In this document: positions 38,468 through 47,873 of the stretch, piece after piece
Position numbering within the stretch: the first letter of the stretch is position 1
How the letters are laid out: every line of letters starts with the position of its first letter
Source: Candidatus Nomurabacteria bacterium
GTDB lineage: Bacteria > Patescibacteriota > Minisyncoccia > Phycocordibacterales > UBA9973
Direction of reading: 5' to 3'
Assembly (NCBI GenBank): GCA_029288725.1
Contig: JARIGS010000023.1
Span: 20,582-84,581 of the forward strand
Length of the DNA stretch: 64,000 bases
Notes under the pieces: model-generated
The model's input: only the letters and a program-made list of their open reading frames with translations
What the model was told of the DNA's origin: nothing
The model's database searches: none
Translations under genes and position numbers: made by a program

Positions 38468-39031
38468 TTACATGCTGCTTTTTGGCAGGAAGTAAAACAA
38501 GGGTGGAATGGTCAGGAGAACGTAGGCTAGGGGAATGGACATGATCGGTGCCAGGATGGCAAGAAAATAGACACTTGGCCCAATAAGACTGCGGAAACTG
38601 ACCCGAGCGGTACTATGAGCCTGATGATGGATCCAATAGCGCAAAAAACTGAAACTGGCAGAAGCGCCAAACAATACCAGGGCATAGATACTGACCGCTG
38701 GTGCAGACGGAGCGTTGAGACTCATGGTCTGGGTAACAAAGGGGATAAGAATGAGGAAGAGGAGGAACAGCATGTTCAGCCAGAGGATGCGACGGCGGGT
38801 AATGGTACTGAGACGTTGGGTGAGCTGGTGATGATTGACCCAGAAGATGGCAATGGTCACGAAGCTGAGCACAAAGGTTAGCAGACTAGGAATGAGCGGG
38901 ATCAGTCCGCGAAATGAAAAGGTCGGGCTTTGTAAATTGGGAACGCGGAGTTCCAATGCAAGAAGGGTAACGGCAATGGCAAAGACACCGTCGCTCAATG
39001 CCTCGAAACGAATTTTGGTAGCTGGCTTCAT
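38468..39031 (-). CDS. TMEM175 (DUF1211) family potassium channel-like protein
   Basis: RFEALSDGVFAIAVTLL, FWVNHH. Confidence 0.88.
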   Translation of the reverse strand: MKPATKIRFEALSDGVFAIAVTLLALELRVPNLQSPTFSFRGLIPLIPSLLTFVLSFVTIAIFWVNHHQLTQRLSTITRRRILWLNMLFLLFLILIPFVTQTMSLNAPSAPAVSIYALVLFGASASFSFLRYWIHHQAHSTARVSFRSLIGPSVYFLAILAPIMSIPLAYVLLTIPPLFYFLPKSSM

Positions 39032-39156
39032 ATGATAAGAGTATACTAAAAGAGGCAAAGAAAGAATAATGCCAAGGGAAGCGTATAAAGAATACAAGCG
39101 GAGCGACTGTCATGCGGTATGCTTGTGTGGATTATTAGCAATGAATACTTATATAT

Positions 39157-39963
39157 ATGAATAAAAAACTACTCACTATTCCAGCCCTTATGCTTGTTGC
39201 AACGGTAGGGTTCACTACTGCTGCATCAGCTGATGTACTCAATGCAAATCTTGGTATTAATGCCACTGTTACCGCACCGCACGTCCAGGTTCGTGGCGAA
39301 AGCGATGATCATATCAGTGATCGCGGCGACATGATGCGCAATTGGGGCGTGTTCGGTACCGTTACAGCCGTCAATGGCAGTACGATTACCGTACAGACCA
39401 AGGCAATGATGAAGGGTAACACCAGTATTCCTGCTGCAACGTATACCGTTACCACCTCAAGCAGTACGACCGTTGATAAGAACAATGCAACAAGTTCCGT
39501 CTCTGCAATCGCTGTCGGTGATACCGTGATGGTGGAAGGCACCATGAACGGTACGACCATTACGGCTAGCCGGATTCATGATGGTCTGATGATGAAAGGT
39601 CCAGGAACAGGAAATAGTACGAGCACTTCAGCTAATTTCCCTGCGGGCAATGGTCAGCCAGTGATTGGCGGCACGGTAAGTGCAGTCAATGGTAATACTA
39701 TTACCATCACCAATCAGAGCAATGCCTCATATACTATTGATGTCACCAATGCCAAGATCACCAAGGGTAATGCCACCAGTACTGCTGGAAACATTGCAGT
39801 TGGCGACAACCTCATCGCCCAGGGCACGATCAATGGCAACACCGTTACTGCGGTCAATGTCATCGACAGTAGTGTTACCGCCAACACCAACAATGGTGAA
39901 CACCGCGGATTCTTCGGTTCAATCGGAAGCTTCTTCGCACACCTCTTTGGGTTTGGAAAGTAA
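39157..39963 (+). CDS. Secreted protein with two DUF5666-like repeats
   Basis: Signal peptide; repeated GTVTAVNG.TIT..IAVGD...GT.NG.T.TA. Confidence 0.75.
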   Translation: MNKKLLTIPALMLVATVGFTTAASADVLNANLGINATVTAPHVQVRGESDDHISDRGDMMRNWGVFGTVTAVNGSTITVQTKAMMKGNTSIPAATYTVTTSSSTTVDKNNATSSVSAIAVGDTVMVEGTMNGTTITASRIHDGLMMKGPGTGNSTSTSANFPAGNGQPVIGGTVSAVNGNTITITNQSNASYTIDVTNAKITKGNATSTAGNIAVGDNLIAQGTINGNTVTAVNVIDSSVTANTNNGEHRGFFGSIGSFFAHLFGFGK

Positions 39964-40079
39964 TTTCACTGAAATTTGATTCTTCTATAGAAAAGGGCCA
40001 CGCCTACGGCGTGGCCCTTTTTATGTCTAGAGGGGGTTTATATTTTCTCCCTTTTGAGCTATGATATCCTCACAATCCT

Positions 40080-40164
40080 GGAGGATTGGATGAGTGGTTT
40101 AAATCAACGGTTTACTAAACCGTCGGCTGTCACAGGCCCGTGAGTTCGAATCTCACATCCTCCG
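40080..40164 (+). tRNA. tRNA-Ser, anticodon ACT
   Basis: Acceptor ggaggat/atcctcc, anticodon arm acggt-TTACTAA-accgt, long variable arm, discriminator G. Confidence 0.9.
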
Positions 40165-40272
40165 CCTTCGCCGCGCTGAAGCGACGGCTACGGCGCGACA
40201 CAGTCCGCCCAGTAGCAAGTCGCGAAAGCGGGTTCGCCGCGCCGTAGCTTCGACGAAACGCAGTGCGCAAAG
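40162..40272. repeat. Inverted pair of palindromic repeats between tRNA-Ser and the GIY-YIG gene
   Basis: ccgccttcgc..gctacggcgcg facing ttcgccgcgccgtagc. Confidence 0.75.
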
Positions 40273-40332
40273 ACTTTATTCTAATATTTTTTCTTTAAAT
40301 ATTCTTGACCACCCATTTGCTATAACCAATGA

Positions 40333-40569
40333 ATGTATTACGTTTACATTCTAACCGTTAAAGACGGCTTCTATATTGGTTGCACTGATGACTTGAAGTC
40401 TCGCATTGAAAGACACAAAAACGGCCACGTCCCTGCCACTAAAGACAGACTTCCTCTTCAGCTTAAAAATTATATTGCTTTCATTTCAAAATATTCTGCA
40501 TTCGAATTTGAACGATATTTAAAGTCTGGATCGGGAAGAAGTTTTTGTAAAAAGCATTTTAATTTATAA
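40333..40569 (+). CDS. Stand-alone GIY-YIG nuclease
   Basis: YYVYIL..FYIGCT.DL..R..RH..G..E.YLKSGSGR; 78 aa. Confidence 0.9.
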   Translation: MYYVYILTVKDGFYIGCTDDLKSRIERHKNGHVPATKDRLPLQLKNYIAFISKYSAFEFERYLKSGSGRSFCKKHFNL

Positions 40570-40577
40570 TTCCTCCT

Positions 40578-40973
40578 ATGCCAATGACTATTAAAACTAC
40601 TGTTAAGGATACTCCGGATAAGGGAAGCGGACTTTTTACTGTAGAAAAAATAACAAAAGGAGATATTGTTTTTAGGGACGATCCTAGCTTTGACAGGGTA
40701 TTTTCGAGAGAAGAGGTGCAATCAATGCCAAACGTATTGAGGGAATTTGTAAAATTCTATGCGTCATACGATAAGAAGAAGCAGGAATACTATCTTGATG
40801 CCGATAATACCAAGTTTATTAATCACAGTGACAACCCTAATATTACCTATATCGAAGACAAGGGGGTAATGGTTGCTACAAGAGATATCGATAGTGACGA
40901 AGAACTGACTTCGGACTACAGAGAGTATGATGATCCGTCCAAAGAGGGTAATTTCGGATTTGAATTTAAATAG
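40578..40973 (+). CDS. SET-domain protein (lysine methyltransferase-like)
   Basis: KGSGLF..KGD, FINHSDNPN, ATRDI..EELTSDY. Confidence 0.88.
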   Translation: MPMTIKTTVKDTPDKGSGLFTVEKITKGDIVFRDDPSFDRVFSREEVQSMPNVLREFVKFYASYDKKKQEYYLDADNTKFINHSDNPNITYIEDKGVMVATRDIDSDEELTSDYREYDDPSKEGNFGFEFK

Positions 40974-41061
40974 TGACTATTATTCCGGTAGTACGTTTGA
41001 CCCCATAATAAAACCCTCTCATTATTTAATGAGAGGGGGATAGTGTAATTTTTTAGGTTCA

Positions 41062-41604
41062 TTACGGAACCGTAATGCTTTTTGAAAATGCAGAATTGTC
41101 GATCTTGTATCTGACATAGTCAGAAGTTGATGCGGGAGTGGTGTAGGCGAGCGTGTTCAGGGTGAGGGTATAAGTACCTGAGCCCGAAGGAAAATAGGTA
41201 ACCGTGATTTTAAATTCCTTGGTGGTGCCTTTTTCAATAGTATAGTTTCCCATACCGTCTGCCTTAAGGCTTCTTACACCCACCACGCTGGCAGAGCCAT
41301 TAGCTGAGAGCAGGATACTACCATTATTTATAGTGTACTGGCAGGCATTGCTAAGGTCTTGCAGGGCCGGGGCTTGTATTGTTCCTTGCGATATATTTAG
41401 CAATCGCGAGGATAGATGCGTCGATTGGTCCCTGGCCGTCAACAAAAAATCAATGGTGTAGGTTATTGCGCCGCTAACAGTATCTATAGAAGCAGCGACG
41501 TTTACTATTTTTGGCGGATCAAATATTGTAATATAGCCGGTTTTTTGGCACGACGTCATGCATAGCAATCCTAGTGCCATAACAAGGGTGAAAAGCTTTT
41601 TCAT
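41062..41604 (-). CDS. Orphan lipoprotein (TS|CQK lipobox)
   Basis: MKKLFTLVMALGLLCMTSCQK; beta-rich; TTGACT-16-TATTAT promoter. Confidence 0.6.
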   Translation of the reverse strand: MKKLFTLVMALGLLCMTSCQKTGYITIFDPPKIVNVAASIDTVSGAITYTIDFLLTARDQSTHLSSRLLNISQGTIQAPALQDLSNACQYTINNGSILLSANGSASVVGVRSLKADGMGNYTIEKGTTKEFKITVTYFPSGSGTYTLTLNTLAYTTPASTSDYVRYKIDNSAFSKSITVP

Positions 41605-41753
41605 TTCCTATACTTTTTATGTGATTTGAGAATGTGGATTTTCTAAAATAATATCACATTTATCATAAAAGTCAATTAGCCTTGACGATACAGGGTGAAA
41701 TGACTATTATCACCATTGTAAGGTTAATTTGTCTACGGACGTACTATTTATAT

Positions 41754-43136
41754 ATGAAGAAATTTGGATACAAATCAATATTAGCAATGGTTATCGGGGC
41801 GGTCGCATCACTGGCTTTTGCCGCTCAGGTATTTGCCATGACACCAACATTGTCACTGACCAGTAACGGCTATGGCAGCATGCAGGTCAATGTCTTTGGC
41901 GATGCCAATGCCTCAGTGATCTTGGATTATTATTCAGGTGGACAGCTCATGGGGGCCGGGGTGATCGGTACTACCAACTACAGTGGCTATTTCAGCGGGC
42001 AGTTGAATCCGGGCAACTATGCGATTCCCAACGGCGCACAGGTCTTGGTTGTAGTAAACGGCCAGCAGTCAGCATCAACTACCTGGACTAACAATGGTTA
42101 TAACAACGGTGGATACAATAACGGCTCACTGTCACTCAGCCAGACATCAGTGAACCTTTCTGTTGGCCAGAGCGTGAGTATCACTGCTTACAATACCAGC
42201 GGTTCATTGTATGTTTCAACTAACTCAAACAGTGCAGTAGCAAATGCGACAGCATACGGTAATCAAATCACTATCAACGCTGTTGGATACGGATCCTCAT
42301 CACTGACAATTTGCTCTACCTACAATTACAATGGATGCAGTACTGTCTATGTAACCGTGAATGGTGGCTCAAATAATCAGACACCGGTGAGTCTCAGTCA
42401 GTCTAACGTGTCATTGGTAGTAGGGCAGACGCAGACGGTCTACATCAATAGTCTCTACAACAACAATAACGGCTATTACAACAATGGTCAGTACACCCTT
42501 TCCAATCTTTCAAGTGGTATCGTCTCTGCAACGATCAGCGGCAATGCCATTACCTTGTACGGACAGAATGCCGGCTCATCTACTATTAGTGTCTGCTCAA
42601 ACGGCTATAACGGGGGATACAATAATGGCTACTACGGCAGCACCACCTGTGCGAACTTGTACGTAACCGTTACAGGAAACTACGGATATCCTACCAATCC
42701 AACCTACCCATACTATCCACCAAACAATTACTACAACCAGCTCACGGTAAGCAACAGCAATGTTCAGGTGACTGTCGGAAACAGTGGCAGCGTGGTGATC
42801 AATGGCGGTATTAATTATTACAACAATGGCTATAACGGTGGATACACTAATGGGTATTACGGTTCTGGCAATGACTTCTACATAGCAAATAATAATTCCG
42901 GCATTGCCAATGCAACCATCAATGGAAATAACATCACCGTTTACGGTCTTGCAGCGGGCACGACTTCAGTGACAGTGTGTCAGACCAGTACCAATCAGTG
43001 CGCGACGATCAATGTCACGGTCATCGCACCGAACTACTACAACTACGGCATCTATAATGGACAGTACCAGTACGTTCCTTCACAGAATGGTCAGTACTAC
43101 TACTCATACAATGAACGCCGTTGGTGTCATCGATAA
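41754..43136 (+). CDS. Secreted surface protein with three Ig-like repeats and N/G/Y-rich linkers
   Basis: Signal peptide; repeats LSQ.SV.L.VG...GN.IT..G...C...C..V.V. Confidence 0.75.
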   Translation: MKKFGYKSILAMVIGAVASLAFAAQVFAMTPTLSLTSNGYGSMQVNVFGDANASVILDYYSGGQLMGAGVIGTTNYSGYFSGQLNPGNYAIPNGAQVLVVVNGQQSASTTWTNNGYNNGGYNNGSLSLSQTSVNLSVGQSVSITAYNTSGSLYVSTNSNSAVANATAYGNQITINAVGYGSSSLTICSTYNYNGCSTVYVTVNGGSNNQTPVSLSQSNVSLVVGQTQTVYINSLYNNNNGYYNNGQYTLSNLSSGIVSATISGNAITLYGQNAGSSTISVCSNGYNGGYNNGYYGSTTCANLYVTVTGNYGYPTNPTYPYYPPNNYYNQLTVSNSNVQVTVGNSGSVVINGGINYYNNGYNGGYTNGYYGSGNDFYIANNNSGIANATINGNNITVYGLAAGTTSVTVCQTSTNQCATINVTVIAPNYYNYGIYNGQYQYVPSQNGQYYYSYNERRWCHR

Positions 43137-43231
43137 TATGAAATAACAAAAGGGCCCCGCCGTCGGCGGGGCCCTTTTGTTTGACTTTTTATTCGAGCGT
43201 GATAAGTTGGAAAAAACAAAATCTTTCATAT

Positions 43232-43666
43232 ATGAAAAAAATATCCGTAATCTTTCCCACAAGAAACTTCTTGTGCGGAGCCACCTCCCTCTATTTGTTG
43301 GCTGTGTTCTTCAATATCCCATTTAGTGCCGCATCCGTCCTGATGACATTCGGTATCATGACTATTGTCATCCTCCATTATCTGTTTCTGTATGCCATAC
43401 AGACAGAGTTTAAAAAATGGCGATGGGCAGTATGGACCCTCAGTTTCATTACCTGTGTAGGTGAGTTGGTAATCCTGTACTGGCCGATACATATCATTTC
43501 CTCGTTCCAGGGATATTATGTCGTTGGTCGCCAAGAGTCGGCGTTGTTCTTCCTGTGGAATATCGCAGTCAATGTTAGCATTACACTCATTCCTCTATTA
43601 TGGAGCTTGTTCCGTCCCGTATGGCAGTGGTGTCAACACCGCCTGTTCCTCCGATTTGCGAAGTAA
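43232..43666 (+). CDS. Orphan 4-TM membrane protein
   Basis: Hydrophobic; TTGACT-16-TAAGTT promoter. Confidence 0.6.
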   Translation: MKKISVIFPTRNFLCGATSLYLLAVFFNIPFSAASVLMTFGIMTIVILHYLFLYAIQTEFKKWRWAVWTLSFITCVGELVILYWPIHIISSFQGYYVVGRQESALFFLWNIAVNVSITLIPLLWSLFRPVWQWCQHRLFLRFAK

Positions 43667-43695
43667 ACAAAAAGCCCCTAACGGGGCTTTTTTCT

Positions 43696-43783
43696 TGGCG
43701 GAGACGGAGGGATTCGAACCCTCGAGGCTGTGACACCTGCCTCCTTAGCAAGGAGGTACGTTAGACCACTCCGACACGTCTCC
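43696..43783 (-). tRNA. tRNA-Ser, anticodon GCT (CCA encoded)
   Basis: ggagacg/cgtctcc, cctcc-TTGCTAA-ggagg, long variable arm. Confidence 0.95.
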
Positions 43784-43849
43784 ATATATAGTGCGGTGCT
43801 GCTACTGTATCATAGAGCTGGTTTTTTTTCTACGTGATATACTTTTAGC

Positions 43850-44335
43850 ATGAAAATACATAACAAGGGGTTCACGCTTATCGAACTTTTGGTAGTAATT
43901 GCGATCATTGGTATCTTGGCTTCAGTTATTCTTGCGGCATTGGGCGGTGCTCGCGCAAAGGCAGTAGACTCTCAGCGTTTGTCTGATTTGCGTCAGACTC
44001 AGACAGCAATTGAAACTTATTATAATGAGCGGGGAAGTTACCCCAACACTGGTGGCCAGTGGTTTGGTACTTGTTCTTCATTCGGATCACATACCAACAC
44101 CGGTGCAACAGGATATATTCCTGATCTTGCTCCAACGTATATTCCCGTACTTCCAACTGAACCACAGCCAGTCAATCCTGCTACCGACTGTTACCTTTAT
44201 AATTCAAACGGGAACGACTATATGTTCATGGTATATAAGACCGTCCACGGTACGGTGCCAACAAGCTTGCAGCGCCCAAGCAATCCAACGGAAAAGGATT
44301 ATGTAGTTTATACACCGGGAGCAGCGAATTGGTAA
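43850..44335 (+). CDS. Type IV pilin / GspG-like pseudopilin
   Basis: KG|FTLIELLVVIAIIGILA. Confidence 0.9.
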   Translation: MKIHNKGFTLIELLVVIAIIGILASVILAALGGARAKAVDSQRLSDLRQTQTAIETYYNERGSYPNTGGQWFGTCSSFGSHTNTGATGYIPDLAPTYIPVLPTEPQPVNPATDCYLYNSNGNDYMFMVYKTVHGTVPTSLQRPSNPTEKDYVVYTPGAANW

Positions 44336-44407
44336 ATAGTAATCAACTACCTAATGCAAAAGGGGCACACCGTAGGTGTGCCCCTTTTTGTTATGTACGA
44401 TTCTGTA

Positions 44408-44749
44408 TTACTGCTTTGGTGCCGGTGCTGCTGTAGCAGGAGCAGCCTGCTGAGCAGGCACTATGACCGTGGTTGTACCTTGTGGTAAGCCGAGACCGTC
44501 CTGTCCTGGGATTATGTCATCATTTCCCATCATCCATTGACCACGGTATTCCATACGACGACCGCCCATATGACCATAATAGCCGTATCCTGCACCATCG
44601 CGCATTTCACCAATCTGAATGCCGAGGAGGAAGATAAAGATACCGATCAAGATCGCAAGCATCATGCGCTTTCCTGAAAAGCCCTTGTCCAATCCGCACC
44701 ATCCGCATTTCTCACCACTGTTGTGGTTCATGTCCTTTTCCATTTCCAT
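44408..44749 (-). CDS. Hypothetical single-TM protein
   Basis: 113-aa ORF with one TM and a Gly/Met-rich tail. Confidence 0.6.
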   Translation of the reverse strand: MEMEKDMNHNSGEKCGWCGLDKGFSGKRMMLAILIGIFIFLLGIQIGEMRDGAGYGYYGHMGGRRMEYRGQWMMGNDDIIPGQDGLGLPQGTTTVIVPAQQAAPATAAPAPKQ

Positions 44750-44807
44750 AATTTGTCTTTTGTTATACTAACGTGAATAATACCAAGTATAGCATCAGGC
44801 TACCGTT

Positions 44808-45233
44808 ATGGAACATATTGCAATAATGAAACCGTCATGGGGGCTGATTCCAAAGATTATCTCCGGAGAAAAAACCATTGAATCACGTTGGTATCAGACC
44901 AAGCGGGCACCCTGGGATAAAGTTAAAAAAGGCGATACTGTCTATTTCAAAAATAGCGGTGCACTTGTCATGGCACAAGCGACCGTAGCAAAAGTACTGC
45001 AGTATGAAATTTCCACTAGATCAGAGCTCGCTGAAATTATCCGAACATATGGTAATCAGATATGTCTTGTTGAACAGGACCCAGACAAATGGAGCCGGGT
45101 TCCTAAATACGGCATCCTTATATTTCTCAAAAATCCTACCTTAATCGAAAAGCCTTTTGCTATCGATAAGAAAGGATTTGGTACCCCTGCCGCATGGTTG
45201 TGTGTGGAAGATATTGCTATACTTTCATCATGA
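44808..45233 (+). CDS. ASCH/PUA-like domain protein
   Basis: IISGEKTIESR..KKGDTVYF. Confidence 0.8.
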   Translation: MEHIAIMKPSWGLIPKIISGEKTIESRWYQTKRAPWDKVKKGDTVYFKNSGALVMAQATVAKVLQYEISTRSELAEIIRTYGNQICLVEQDPDKWSRVPKYGILIFLKNPTLIEKPFAIDKKGFGTPAAWLCVEDIAILSS

Positions 45234-45811
45234 AACGACCAAACTTCCTTTATAGACTCCTTGTTCTGTCTTTTACGATCTCTTGTTTTTCTGAAGGCGT
45301 GATCGTGCCGATTTACGCGATCTTCGTGCAGAAGGTGGGTGGGGATATTTTAGATGCCGGTGTTGCAATGGGAATCTTCCTGATCACAGACGGTGTGTTT
45401 ACGATGCTCATTCACCGTATCAAATGGAATCCTCGTCAGAGATTGAACCTCTTGGTAGGGGGCTGGTTGATTTGGGTTATCGGTATTTTTTCCTATCTCT
45501 TGATTTCAAATATCTGGATGCTGTTCCTCTCACAAATTTTGACCGCTATCGGTAATGCCGTTGCCGACCCTGTTTTTGACCAGGAGCTATCTGATCACAC
45601 CGACAAGGATCTTGAAGAATTCGAATGGGGATTTTTTGAAGGCAGCAAATCGCTGATCGATGGTGCAGCGGCAATTATCGGTGCCAGCGTCGCTGCTTAC
45701 TTCGGCTTCAAGAACCTCATTTACACTATGATCGTTGCAGCAACACTCTCGTTTGTATTGATCGTGATCTATATCTCGAAGTTAAGAGGGAAGAAAATTG
45801 AAATATTATAG
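45230..45811 (+). CDS. Half-size MFS-like transporter (about 6 TM)
   Basis: PIYAIFVQKVGGDILDAG; 193 aa. Confidence 0.7.
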   Translation: MKRPNFLYRLLVLSFTISCFSEGVIVPIYAIFVQKVGGDILDAGVAMGIFLITDGVFTMLIHRIKWNPRQRLNLLVGGWLIWVIGIFSYLLISNIWMLFLSQILTAIGNAVADPVFDQELSDHTDKDLEEFEWGFFEGSKSLIDGAAAIIGASVAAYFGFKNLIYTMIVAATLSFVLIVIYISKLRGKKIEIL

Positions 45812-46306
45812 GTGTTTCACCATTTCCAATTCTTCCAAGATGCTAAGTGCTGCTTGGCGCAAGTCTTCTGATTCGCTGGAAGCGGTGCATTCCTCGATGA
45901 CATAGCTGAAGAATCCGAGGTCGAAGGCCTCGTTGGCAGTGGCAAAGACACAGTCATTGGTGTCGAGACCGATGACATGAACCTCTTCGATATGGTGCTC
46001 CTTAAGAAATGCCGTGAGATCCTTGTCGCCCTTAAAGGCAGACTTAGTTTCTTTTTTGATATACAGATAATCATTCTGGGGAATTAATGATTTAACTTCC
46101 GGCACGGTGTCTTGCCAAGGAAAGGTCCAGTCTGATTGTCTTTGCCATAATGACCCTTCTGCTGCAGAGAATGTTACTTCAACATACGCATCGTATTTTT
46201 GTGTTTGAAACAGTTTCTCAACATTTGGAATAAGCCATTTATTTTCCTCGGTAATAAATCCTGGTTGAATGTCGACGATAATGAGAGCGGTTTTGCGTGT
46301 TTCCAT
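45806..46306 (-). CDS. Isochorismatase/cysteine hydrolase family protein
   Basis: ALIIVDIQ, K...SAF, GLDTNDCV..TA. Confidence 0.88.
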   Translation of the reverse strand: METRKTALIIVDIQPGFITEENKWLIPNVEKLFQTQKYDAYVEVTFSAAEGSLWQRQSDWTFPWQDTVPEVKSLIPQNDYLYIKKETKSAFKGDKDLTAFLKEHHIEEVHVIGLDTNDCVFATANEAFDLGFFSYVIEECTASSESEDLRQAALSILEELEMVKHL

Positions 46307-46336
46307 AATAACGGTATTATACGATATATACGCGAT

Positions 46337-46810
46337 ATGCCAGAATTCGATACACAACCCATTGCCGAGCGTGATATTGAGTATGTGGCGCATATCATGA
46401 GCAAGCGCTGGGGCACTTCATTAGAATGGTCACGGAAGGAAACAGCGCTCTATCTTGCACAAGATGCTATTTCCGCGGGGTTTTGTATTCACCATGAAGG
46501 AAACACCGTTGGTGTGGGATTATTTTCATTACACAATGAAGACGTATCGACTGAGTATGGACCATGGCTGTACTTATTATGGGTTGATCCAGAGTATAGA
46601 GGTTATGATTTAGGTATTCTGCTCACTCAAAAAAGAATGGAGCATGCTCGAAAGATGGGGTATAAGGAAATTTATCTTGATACCGTGGATGCTGCTCCAT
46701 ATCATAAGGCATTGGGTTGGGAAGAGGTTGGCACAGTGCGCTGGGAGGATAATCCCATACTCATTATGAAATGGGATTTAGCAAAGGAATTTCCGAACAG
46801 CACCAAATAA
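46337..46810 (+). CDS. GNAT-family acetyltransferase
   Basis: PWLYLLWVDPEYRGYDLG..IYLDT..GW. Confidence 0.85.
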   Translation: MPEFDTQPIAERDIEYVAHIMSKRWGTSLEWSRKETALYLAQDAISAGFCIHHEGNTVGVGLFSLHNEDVSTEYGPWLYLLWVDPEYRGYDLGILLTQKRMEHARKMGYKEIYLDTVDAAPYHKALGWEEVGTVRWEDNPILIMKWDLAKEFPNSTK

Positions 46811-46830
46811 AGAATGGTATACTCATATCA

Positions 46831-47259
46831 ATGAACCCTGGATTTATCTATGCAATTGGTGCGGCAGTGGTGTGGGGAATCGTGTACTGCATTGACCAGC
46901 GCGTGCTTGATGCGACGTCACCATTGCCGCTGCTGTTTATTGACTCGCTAATTACTGCTATCGTGATGCTGCCGTTTATTTTTCATGAGCGTCATTCGGT
47001 TAAGGCGTTTTTGTCGTCAGGTAAGCTTAATCTCGAACTGATGTTTGCCTCAATCGTTCTTGCGGCAGTGGCAAACTTCTTAATTTTCTCCGGCATCAAA
47101 CTCGTTGGAGCCTCATCGGCTTCGATTATCGAAATCATGTATCCGTTTTTCGTAGTATTGTTCAGCTTTATCTTTTTTCGCACCACGCCAAGTACCTACT
47201 TCATCATCGGGGCCATCTTGGTCTTTATCGGTTCGGCACTGATCGTCTATCACCACTAA
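46831..47259 (+). CDS. Single-domain EamA/DMT transporter
   Basis: AAVVWG..ASSASIIEIMYPFF; about 5 TM. Confidence 0.8.
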   Translation: MNPGFIYAIGAAVVWGIVYCIDQRVLDATSPLPLLFIDSLITAIVMLPFIFHERHSVKAFLSSGKLNLELMFASIVLAAVANFLIFSGIKLVGASSASIIEIMYPFFVVLFSFIFFRTTPSTYFIIGAILVFIGSALIVYHH

Positions 47260-47320
47260 ATAAAGAATATCTTTAATAAAAATCGAGTTTTAATTTATCG
47301 CACTATGAGATAGTGTACGG

Positions 47321-47728
47321 ATGAAACGATACGCATTTATCGATGTTCAAAACACCGAAACAACCACCCTCAAACTGCTTCATTTTCAGCTTGACCATGC
47401 AAGGTTGTTTTTATATCTAAAAGATAAATGGAAATGCGAAAAAGTATTTTTCTATCCCGGCATAGGATATAACGATACTGAGAGGGAAAAAATGTTTTTA
47501 GAGCTTGCGGCAATGGGGGCAATAGTTCGTTCTAAATATTTTTTTACCTATAAAAATAAAGACAAGGTCATAACAACTATCTGTCCTCAATGTGAAGCTG
47601 TAATTACAAATTACTTCTCGCCTGTCGACAAGATTGCGTAACCTTACCAGTAAAATTTATTGAGATAAATAACTTAAAATTTCAAATTAGAAAAAATGAA
47701 AAGGCCGCGAAGCGCGACCTTTCCTAAT
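47321..47728 (+). pseudogene. Degenerate NYN-domain RNase
   Basis: YAFIDVQN N-terminus and a CPQC insert; the central acidic motif is missing; C-terminal remnants (SRLSTRLRNL; VKFIEINNLK) lie in other frames. Confidence 0.6.
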
Positions 47729-47873
47729 GACAAAAGGAAGTATAGAAAACTATTTTTACCAAGTCAAATGAGAAAATAATGGCTTGGGAAAATAAATTTT
47801 TCCTAAAGAAAAAAGGGCACTTATCCCACGTTTGGGAAAAATGGCGAGGGAGGGGATATGTTACACTGGAAGC

